Source: Ignavibacteria bacterium
GTDB lineage: Bacteria > Bacteroidota > Ignavibacteria > Tepidaquicellales > OLB5
Direction of reading: 5' to 3'
Assembly: GCA_020852705.1 (NCBI GenBank)
Contig: JADZAP010000004.1
Coordinates: forward strand, 81,486-145,485
Length of the DNA stretch: 64,000 bases
Shown here: piece by piece, positions 20,429 to 27,615 of the stretch
Layout of the letters: each line of letters begins with the position of its first letter
Position numbering within the stretch: the stretch's first letter is position 1
Notes under the pieces: model-generated
What the model was told of the DNA's origin: nothing
The model's database searches: none
The model's input: only the letters and a program-made list of their open reading frames with translations
Made by a program: the position numbers and the translations under genes

Positions 20429-21187
20429 CTAGTTAGCTCTATCTAATCTATTTAATGATTCGAAGTAATTTACTGAACCACTATATTCACTTATTTCATA
20501 ATTAAGTTTTGATGAACCGTATTTTATGCTCTTTAAATGACAATCAATGTATAAATAATTAGGATTGTAATTTATTTCAGTAATTGTAATTTCAATCTTT
20601 TTATCTTTTATAAGTTCAAAATCTTTAAAATTAAACTCTTCTTCTAACCTCAAAATATATCCAAATCTATACGCGTGCATTGAACGAATTCCAATGTCAA
20701 GTTTAAATTGGAGCCAATTTAAATCTATATCCCTTTCATTTGCAATGTCCAGTTGCAAGTAAAGACTATACTTTAATCTATCAAAATGTTTGGCATCATA
20801 ACCCATTGGAACTTCTGTTTTTTTTGATTTTAGTTCTGATACTATTGTATTTTGGACATTAACATAATCCATTATCTTTTTTTTAAGCTCATCCATTTTG
20901 CTAAACCTAAAATTTTTAGCTTCAGTATTAAACCTCCACCTAAAACTAATTAGTGGTTCATGTAAAATAGAATGGGACTTAACAGTAGAAAACATCAAAT
21001 AATATGTAAATACTACATAAATTGTTGTAGCCAGAGTAATGAAATAAGTAGGGATTATTTCTAACAAATGTTTTAATATTTCCTCTGATGGTTTAGTATA
21101 ATATAATAAATAAAAAATTGTTGCTATAATCAAAGTTTCAATTACTATGAAAAAAATAGATATCATTAAAGCTCTTTTATTCATCAT
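20429..21187 (-). CDS. Hypothetical membrane protein (two N-terminal TM helices plus ~180-aa soluble domain)
   Basis: 252-aa ORF with hydrophobic stretches at about residues 7-29 and 45-66. I recognise no motif in the remainder. It has its own upstream region after a terminator. Confidence 0.55.
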   Translation of the reverse strand: MMNKRALMISIFFIVIETLIIATIFYLLYYTKPSEEILKHLLEIIPTYFITLATTIYVVFTYYLMFSTVKSHSILHEPLISFRWRFNTEAKNFRFSKMDELKKKIMDYVNVQNTIVSELKSKKTEVPMGYDAKHFDRLKYSLYLQLDIANERDIDLNWLQFKLDIGIRSMHAYRFGYILRLEEEFNFKDFELIKDKKIEITITEINYNPNYLYIDCHLKSIKYGSSKLNYEISEYSGSVNYFESLNRLDRAN

Positions 21188-21249
21188 AATTGCAGCTCCT
21201 ATAAATTTTAATTTAATCTAATATAATTTTTTATGTTTAACTTAATAAT

Positions 21250-21277
21250 GAAAAAAGATAGGCTTAACCTATCTTTT
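21250..21277 (-). terminator. Rho-independent terminator after the 140-aa islet gene
   Basis: Hairpin aagatagg-cttaa-cctatctt, flanked by an A-run on the plus strand (a T-run on the minus strand), immediately downstream of the stop at 21291. Confidence 0.55.
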
Positions 21278-21290
21278 CCAATTATAGCAG

Positions 21291-21713
21291 TTATGCAACC
21301 TGCATCTGCTGAAACAATTCATTAACCGCTCCGATGATAGCTTCTCTTAACTGCACAAATTCCGGCTTTATTTTTATGCCGGTTTTCCTTTTGTCCGGCT
21401 TATTTGAACCGTTCTTAGCTATTGCAGCAGCAGAATTTTTTGAAATGATCTCGATGTCATACACGGTAGCAAGTTTCTTGCCTTTCTTTCTCATATCCTT
21501 TGTAACCGCTATTACTGAATTTTTACCTAATCGTTTCTTCTGAATGAAATCAACTACATCCTGCGGCGCAAAGAAGCTCTGTATTTCATATTCATTTAAT
21601 AAAGGAAACATATTCCATTTCCCGTATTGGCTTATGCCTGTTATAACGTTGTCGGTTAAGAGTTTCAATTCAACAGGTTCGCCGATATTAAATTCAAGTT
21701 TTGGATTATTCAT
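21291..21713 (-). CDS. Hypothetical small basic protein
   Basis: 140-aa ORF. The N-terminal ~95 aa look like a compact beta-rich domain, followed by a K-rich/Ala-rich linker and a terminal helix. No recognisable family. Confidence 0.5.
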   Translation of the reverse strand: MNNPKLEFNIGEPVELKLLTDNVITGISQYGKWNMFPLLNEYEIQSFFAPQDVVDFIQKKRLGKNSVIAVTKDMRKKGKKLATVYDIEIISKNSAAAIAKNGSNKPDKRKTGIKIKPEFVQLREAIIGAVNELFQQMQVA

Positions 21714-21808
21714 TTTGTGTTTTACTCCTTCCCGATTAGATTATATATATTATACCAGTTTTTCAATTTATCAAATTAAAATTTTTGAATATATTTGAAG
21801 CAAGATAA

Positions 21809-22252
21809 ATGATGGAAAATCAAGACAGGATATTGGAGTATTGCCCCATTTGCAAACATTATGGTAGTAATGGTGCTTGCGGAAAACTGGAAATTAACAT
21901 TAACTCTTATCCGGAAAAGTTCTATGCAAAATGTGATGGGAAATTGTTTGAAAAAATAGATAATATTCCTGATGAAAATTATTTAGTTGAAAAGTTTTAT
22001 GAAGAAGTATTGAATAAGCCGGATTTTGAGGAGGAATTGAATGATTTTATTTATCCGCATTTACACGAGGATAATTTGAAAGGTAAAGCTCAAAGAAAAA
22101 TAAAAAAATTTATTAAAATATCTGAAGATTACAGAAATAATATGTGGGATTTTAGTGGCACCCCGAAACAAAAAATTTTGAAAATACTGGCAGCAATTTT
22201 AGGATTAGTAGGTGCTTTTGTAATTGGTGGTTTTTTAAAAGGTTATTGGTAA
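21809..22252 (+). CDS. Hypothetical protein with N-terminal 4-Cys zinc-ribbon-like motif and C-terminal TM tail anchor
   Basis: 147 aa. CPICKHYGSNGAC...C at the N-terminus, an acidic middle, and a C-terminal ILKILAAILGLVGAFVIGGFL hydrophobic helix. Confidence 0.5.
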   Translation: MMENQDRILEYCPICKHYGSNGACGKLEININSYPEKFYAKCDGKLFEKIDNIPDENYLVEKFYEEVLNKPDFEEELNDFIYPHLHEDNLKGKAQRKIKKFIKISEDYRNNMWDFSGTPKQKILKILAAILGLVGAFVIGGFLKGYW

Positions 22253-22255
22253 TGT

Positions 22256-22888
22256 TCAATCAAATATTTTTAAGTAAGTTTTTGTAGGCATAACAATAAT
22301 AGAAACAAAATTATTAAATTTTACACATAATTCAAGTTCCGTTAGATCGATTGGCTTGAAATCACTATTAATATCGTTTTCGATATGACAGAATGATAAC
22401 GAAATACCTTTAAATCTGTTATTGGGTGAAAATGAATAATAATATCCTTTTAATTTTTCTATTTCGGAACTTATGACATTAAGAAATGGAAAGTCATAAA
22501 ATAATTTTATTTCAATTCCATATTTTACTGGTTGTATCCACAAAGCTTCACTATTGAACCAATCTCCGCATTGTTCATTAATTTCCTTTAAAGCTTTTTT
22601 TTCATGTTTATTCAAAATAGCAATATCAAACCTGTTTTTTGAATATTCACTCCTGTCGTTTTCACCTTTATAAAAGTAATGATATTCGGTAGTTAAAACA
22701 GGAATATTTACCTGATCTTTTTCTTTTTTTAGATATTTCTCTGTGTTTATTTCGAATGTGTCCTTATAACTTTTTATTAGATAGCTATATAAGCAACATT
22801 TAATATCACTCTCAGTCAAAAATTGAAAGGGATTTTGTTTATAATTATTTATAAATTCATTAATTGCATCAATTAATTTTTTATCCAT
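22256..22888 (-). CDS. Hypothetical protein with PD-(D/E)xK nuclease-like motif
   Basis: 210 aa. E68 (TTEYHY), D88 (RFDIAIL) and E126-I-K128 (YGIEIKL) sit in hydrophobic beta-strand contexts, as in restriction-endonuclease-fold proteins. This is motif-level evidence only. Confidence 0.45.
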   Translation of the reverse strand: MDKKLIDAINEFINNYKQNPFQFLTESDIKCCLYSYLIKSYKDTFEINTEKYLKKEKDQVNIPVLTTEYHYFYKGENDRSEYSKNRFDIAILNKHEKKALKEINEQCGDWFNSEALWIQPVKYGIEIKLFYDFPFLNVISSEIEKLKGYYYSFSPNNRFKGISLSFCHIENDINSDFKPIDLTELELCVKFNNFVSIIVMPTKTYLKIFD

Positions 22889-23082
22889 TTTTTTAAACCG
22901 GTTTAAATTATCTTAAACAATACTCAAAAATAATAAATTAATCAATTTACTTCTGAATGCTATTATTATTGAAACGACCTATTTATCTAATTATAGTTTT
23001 AAGAGAAAAAAATTGAAGTGAAATTAAACTGTAATTATTGAAGCTGAATTTTACCGAAAAGGAACAATTACTAAAACAAAAT

Positions 23083-23127
23083 TGCGGATTATGATTCCGA
23101 CGCTCTAACCACCTGAGCTACTCCGGC
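23083..23127 (-). pseudogene. Orphan 5' fragment (nt 1-45) of the tRNA(CAU) gene
   Basis: Contains the acceptor 5' strand, D arm and complete anticodon arm. No T arm or 3' acceptor strand follows. Confidence 0.85.
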
Positions 23128-23192
23128 AATAATAAAACATTAAATAAGCACAAAAATAGCAATTTAGTAATTGGGTTTCAAGGGAAAATTCA
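23083..23192. repeat. Right copy of the 110-bp perfect direct repeat
   Basis: Identical to 19580-19689. Confidence 0.9.
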
Positions 23193-23236
23193 TGTGAAAA
23201 ACTATAAGTTTTGAACAACTGAGCAAAAAATAATTT

Positions 23237-23545
23237 AAAAGCAATGGACACTAATTACGCGAGTTTTACGAATTAACACAAATTCAAACTGGAATAATTA
23301 TTATATATTGAAAATATTCAGGGGAATAAGTTTGATTAATTGAAAGTTGAAAATTAACACAGTTAATTACACTCATCTATTTAAAAAAACAAAAAAAAGC
23401 ATTGGACACGAATTATACGAATTATACGATTTAACACAAATTCAAACAGATATAATTAATATATATTGAAAATTATTCAAGGATAATGATTTGATTAATT
23501 AATGAAAAAAATTAACTACATTATACACATTAAATAGATATTAAA
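23237..23545. repeat. Two imperfect tandem copies of a ~158-bp AT-rich unit
   Basis: Unit A (23237-23394) and unit B (23395-~23545) share long blocks (aaaagcaWtggacacNaatta...ttaacacaaattcaaac...atatattgaaaat...tttgattaatt...aaaattaac). Unit B contains acgaattat x2 plus acgattt (23408-23432). Confidence 0.6.
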
Positions 23546-23797
23546 CAATTTTAATTCCGGTTGCATTAATTTCTTTTACAAATAAATCATAATTTTCATT
23601 AAATTTTTAAGGGCGGTATGTTAAGAAATCAATCTTGTTATCAATCTGCAAAGTTATTTCAGCAATTTTTTTCTGTTATTAAATTTATTCCCTTCAAAAT
23701 TATCTGAAACAAGAACAATATCAATATCGCTCCATTCTGAAAATTTGCCATGAAGTACTGGGGCTTGTTGAAGGCGAAGGCAATTTAGCACAAAAGT
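23541..23797 (-). pseudogene. Degraded small nucleotidyltransferase (MNT/Pol-beta-like) gene remnant
   Basis: One minus-strand frame reads ...APVLHGKFSEWSDIDIVLVSDNFEGNKFNNRKK (23797-~23666). After the A7 run (23666-23672) the sense continues in another frame: KKIAEITLQIDNKIDFLTYRP*KFNENYDLFVKEINATGIKIV*. That frame has an in-frame TAA at 23607-23609. The SDIDI motif in a hydrophobic context is NTase-like. Confidence 0.4.
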
Positions 23798-23909
23798 TCA
23801 ATCGAAGAACTAATGTTGAACCTGCACAGACGTTTTTTCGATGCATTTCAGATCCCATTACGCAAAGCCACTGTTAGCGGATCGAGCTTTATTTTGCCAG
23901 TTATAATTA

Positions 23910-25925
23910 TCATGTCAGTCGTCTTTTTAATAGTTGTGCATTTATTGCAACCACAATGGTGCTTAAGCTCATTAATACTGCGCCAACAGCAGGACTAAGC
24001 ATAATATTCCACTTATACAATACGCCTGCTGCCAATGGAATTGCAAGGATATTGTAGCCAGCAGCCCACCAAATATTTTGTATCATTTTGTTGTAAGTGG
24101 CTTTACCGAATAAAATCAGATTAGCAATGTCTTTCGGGTCAGAGTTGACTAAAATAATATCTGCTGTTTCTGCTGCCACATCAGTTCCTGAACCAACGGC
24201 AATTCCAACATCTGCTTGTGCCAAAGCAGGAGCATCATTCACTCCGTCACCTGTCATAGCAACATTTTCACCTTTTTCTTGTAGCTCTTTTACCTTTTCT
24301 AATTTGTCGTGCGGTAATACATTGGCTATAAAGCCGTCCATTTTCAATTCATCACTAACGTTTTTGGCTACTTTTTCATTGTCGCCTGTGAGTAATAAAT
24401 TCTTTATTCCTGCTTCTCTCAGTATTGTAATTGCCTCAAAAGAACTTTTTCTTATCTGGTCAGAGAACGTAAAATATCCTATCACTGAGTTATCTATCAA
24501 GGCATAAACAACCGTTCCTGTAAATTCATCCTTTGTTTCAGTAATGCTGATGTTTTGTTCTTTCAAATAATTTGGACCAACCACTTTTAGTTTAATCCCT
24601 TCAACTATTCCTTCCAAGCCTATGCCTGGCAGGTAATTGAAGTTTTCTGATTTTGGAATTTCAATCCCTAATTCTTTGACTTTTCTGAGTAGCCCTGAAG
24701 CGATATAATGTTCCGAATGTTGTTCAATACCTGATGCTAAGCGGAGTAATTCCCTTTCATTAAATTGTTTGTTCAATATTTTTACTTCCTGTAATTCATG
24801 CGAACCTTTTGTAAGTGTTCCTGTTTTATCAAAAATGATTGTAGTAATCAATCGGGCATTTTCAAAAGCCGTTCTGTTGCGAATGAGTAAACCTTTTTGA
24901 GCAGAAATGGAAGTAGAAATTGCTACCACTAATGGAACAGCTAAACCCAAAGCATGAGGACAGGAAATTACCATAACAGTTACCATTCTCTCCAATGCAA
25001 ATACAAAAGGAAATCCTAACATCAACCAAGTGACAAGTGTAATAACGCCTCCACCAAGAGCAACAAATGTTAGGACTTTTGCAGCTCGGTCGGCAAAGTT
25101 TTGTGTTTTCGATTTTACCTTTTGTGCATCTTCAACCAATTTCACCACCTTATTAAGGTAGCTGTCTTTTCCTGTGCTCAACACTTTAATTGTTAGTGAA
25201 CCATTACTATTTACAGCACCACCTATTACTTTATCGTCAATTGCTTTTTTTACAGGTTTACTTTCGCCTGTAAGCATACTCTCATCAACATAGCTTTCGC
25301 CTTCCGTTACAATTCCATCAACAGGTATTTTTTCACCCGGTTTTATTAAAACAAAATCTCCGATTTTTAAATGGCTGACAGGCATATCGTGAACATGACC
25401 GTTTACAAGATGATGTGCAGTAGAGGGCATCATCTTAACCAACAACTCTAAAGAACGAGACGCACCCATTACCGATTTCATTTCAAAGTAATGTCCGATG
25501 AGCATAATGTCTATAAGGGTTGCCATTTCCCAATAAAAGTCCATTCCCTGTAAACCGAAAGTAATAGCAACGCTGTATGCCCAAGCAACGGAAATAGCCA
25601 CGCCAATTAGTGTCATCATACCAATGGCGTTGTCTTTCACTTCGTCATAAAGACCTTTTAAAAACGGATGTCCTCCATAAATGAAAATGAAGGCAGAAAG
25701 CATTGCCAATACATACTTATCGCCTTTAAACATTAATTCAAAGCCGAGCCAATGCTGTATCATGAGCGATAAGGCAAGTACAGGAATAGAAACTATGGTA
25801 CAAACAATAAATCGTGTCCAGAAGTCGGATACGTTGTGTCCAGCGTGTTTATCATGACCACTATGCTCCGAATGTTCGTTCGCATTATGATTTGAATGGT
25901 CGTGAGTTGTGTGATGATGTTTCAT
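23910..25925 (-). CDS. copB: Heavy-metal (copper) translocating P1B-type ATPase, CopB-like (P1B-3)
   Basis: 671 aa. His-rich N-terminus ([30 protein letters not shown]), TM CPH motif ([10 protein letters not shown]), DKTGTLT phosphorylation site, TGES, and GDGVNDAP hinge. Confidence 0.85.
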   Translation of the reverse strand: MKHHHTTHDHSNHNANEHSEHSGHDKHAGHNVSDFWTRFIVCTIVSIPVLALSLMIQHWLGFELMFKGDKYVLAMLSAFIFIYGGHPFLKGLYDEVKDNAIGMMTLIGVAISVAWAYSVAITFGLQGMDFYWEMATLIDIMLIGHYFEMKSVMGASRSLELLVKMMPSTAHHLVNGHVHDMPVSHLKIGDFVLIKPGEKIPVDGIVTEGESYVDESMLTGESKPVKKAIDDKVIGGAVNSNGSLTIKVLSTGKDSYLNKVVKLVEDAQKVKSKTQNFADRAAKVLTFVALGGGVITLVTWLMLGFPFVFALERMVTVMVISCPHALGLAVPLVVAISTSISAQKGLLIRNRTAFENARLITTIIFDKTGTLTKGSHELQEVKILNKQFNERELLRLASGIEQHSEHYIASGLLRKVKELGIEIPKSENFNYLPGIGLEGIVEGIKLKVVGPNYLKEQNISITETKDEFTGTVVYALIDNSVIGYFTFSDQIRKSSFEAITILREAGIKNLLLTGDNEKVAKNVSDELKMDGFIANVLPHDKLEKVKELQEKGENVAMTGDGVNDAPALAQADVGIAVGSGTDVAAETADIILVNSDPKDIANLILFGKATYNKMIQNIWWAAGYNILAIPLAAGVLYKWNIMLSPAVGAVLMSLSTIVVAINAQLLKRRLT

Positions 25926-26088
25926 TATTTATTGTGACTATTCAATTTCTTAACCAATTTTGTTGATGCTGTATTGCATAAATGCTATAAGCGTTTACCA
26001 AAATAATCACAATATATATCTTCCCGGTTAATCAGACGTAAACATGTTTCCAAAATTACAAAATTATATACGAAATAAAAATATCTAT

Positions 26089-27549
26089 CTATATCATCCG
26101 GTTAAAAATGCTTTTTACATTTTCAAGGTTATCTTTGTTAACAAGTACAAGAATTGTATCCCCTGCTTCTAGCTGAGTGCTGCCACTTGGTACAACATAA
26201 TCATCATCCCTGTAAATTACAGTTATAAGACTTTCAGCCGGTAAGTGCAGTTCTGCCAGTGTTTTTCCTGCAGCCCATGACCTTTCAGAAATTATTAAAT
26301 CAAGCAGGTCATTTTTAGTATTAACATTTTCATTTATTTCAATAGGGATGCCTGCAATTTCCTTTTTATCACTTTTTACACCTAGCAGCTTTGCTGCAAG
26401 CGGAATTGACCATCCCTGCACAAGTGCAGAAGTTATAGTAATGAAAAAAACAAGGGTAAATATGTATGGACCTATTGATAAACCTGCTGTCAATGGAAAT
26501 GTTGCTAAAATTATAGGGACTGCTCCTTTTAATCCGACCCATGAAATAAATAGCTTATCGTTAAATTTAAACTTTGAACCTATCATAGAAATAAATACAC
26601 TAATTGGTCTTGCAAGCAATATTAATGCTGCTGAAAGTATTAAACCAACTCCAATAACATTATAAAGCTGTGCAGGATATACGAGCAGCCCAAGTGTTAA
26701 AAACATAATAATTTGACCAAACAAAGCAAGACTATCAAAAAATCTGATAGTTGATTTTTTTTGAACAAAATCTGAATTACCCAGTATAACCGAAGCAATA
26801 TAAACTGCCAAAATTCCGCTGGACTCAACTGACGCAGCTGCTGCATATATTAATACAGCAGATGCAATAGCAAAAACAGGATATAAGCTTGGAAACGGAA
26901 AGCGAAACTTATTAAATGAATAGGCAAGCAATTTTCCCGAAGCTAACCCAATAATTGAGCCAAGCCCAATTTGGAGGAACAAAAATAATACTACTCTTAA
27001 TGCAGTTACTTCATCACCCTGAAGAAATTGAATAAACAAAACCGTTAGAATTATAGCCGCGGGATCATTGCTTCCGGACTCAAACACAAGCAGCGGTTTT
27101 ATGTTGTTTTTTAAATTGATACTTTTACCGCTGAGCACAGAAAATACAGCAGCTGCATCGGTAGATGAAATAATAGCACCAATAAGTAAACCTTCGGTTA
27201 TACTTAATCCGGTAAGGAAGTGAATAACATATCCCATAACAACTGCAGCAATAAAAACACCAATTGTTGAAAGAAAAAAAGCCGGTTTTAAAACAGGTTT
27301 AACCTCATACCATTTAGTATCTAAACCGCCTGAGAATAAAATGAAAATTAAAGCAACAATACCTACATATTGAGCAATATATACATTATCAAAATATATT
27401 TTACCAAAACCATCAGAGCCGGCAAGCATACCAACTATAAGAAATAAAATCAGTGACGGTACTCCAAGGTTTTCTGAAACCTTAGTAAGAGAAATACTGA
27501 TAAGTACAAGTACTGAAATTACTAATAGTATATATTCAAATGGCACCAT
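26089..27549 (-). CDS. K+/H+ (cation:proton) antiporter, NhaP2/CvrA-like, with C-terminal TrkA-C domain
   Basis: 486 aa with ~12 TM segments of the CPA1 type. The C-terminal soluble ~90 aa (LAELHLPAESLITVIYRDDDYVVPSGSTQLEAGDTILVLV) are typical of TrkA-C. Confidence 0.8.
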   Translation of the reverse strand: MVPFEYILLVISVLVLISISLTKVSENLGVPSLILFLIVGMLAGSDGFGKIYFDNVYIAQYVGIVALIFILFSGGLDTKWYEVKPVLKPAFFLSTIGVFIAAVVMGYVIHFLTGLSITEGLLIGAIISSTDAAAVFSVLSGKSINLKNNIKPLLVFESGSNDPAAIILTVLFIQFLQGDEVTALRVVLFLFLQIGLGSIIGLASGKLLAYSFNKFRFPFPSLYPVFAIASAVLIYAAAASVESSGILAVYIASVILGNSDFVQKKSTIRFFDSLALFGQIIMFLTLGLLVYPAQLYNVIGVGLILSAALILLARPISVFISMIGSKFKFNDKLFISWVGLKGAVPIILATFPLTAGLSIGPYIFTLVFFITITSALVQGWSIPLAAKLLGVKSDKKEIAGIPIEINENVNTKNDLLDLIISERSWAAGKTLAELHLPAESLITVIYRDDDYVVPSGSTQLEAGDTILVLVNKDNLENVKSIFNRMI

Positions 27550-27551
27550 AT

Positions 27552-27581
27552 TATAAAAAAGGCATTCACAAAGAATGCCTT
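27552..27581 (-). terminator. Rho-independent terminator downstream of secA
   Basis: On the minus strand, aaggcattc-tttgt-gaatgcctt is followed by TTTTTTAT. Confidence 0.6.
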
Positions 27582-27615
27582 AAATTAAAAATCTAATTTT
27601 TTAATTTAACAAATT

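Larger units (their letters stand above)
19580..23192. mobile_element. tRNA-associated genomic islet (integrase-less) bounded by 110-bp direct repeats
   Basis: Direct repeats containing part of a tRNA gene. The 3393-bp interior holds a toxin-antitoxin pair and orphan ORFs in mixed orientation. The left flank is housekeeping. Confidence 0.55.

Noticed and set aside
23244-23434. Mini-ORFs at the same position in both 158-bp repeat units: MDTNYASFTN (23244-23276) and (L)DTNYTNYTI (23402-23434), with two synonymous differences.
   Set aside because: They are 10 codons long, have no Shine-Dalgarno sequence, and one copy starts with TTG. Conservation is explained by the DNA repeat itself, so there is not enough evidence to call a peptide gene.
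23237-23545. Possible CRISPR array.
   Set aside because: There are only two units, the period is 158 bp, the units are imperfect and AT-rich, there is no repeat-spacer architecture, and no cas genes occur in the window.
23813-23998. 61-aa plus-strand ORF at the copB 3' end.
   Set aside because: It overlaps the copB stop region and the NTase-remnant flank, and has no motif or ribosome-binding site.
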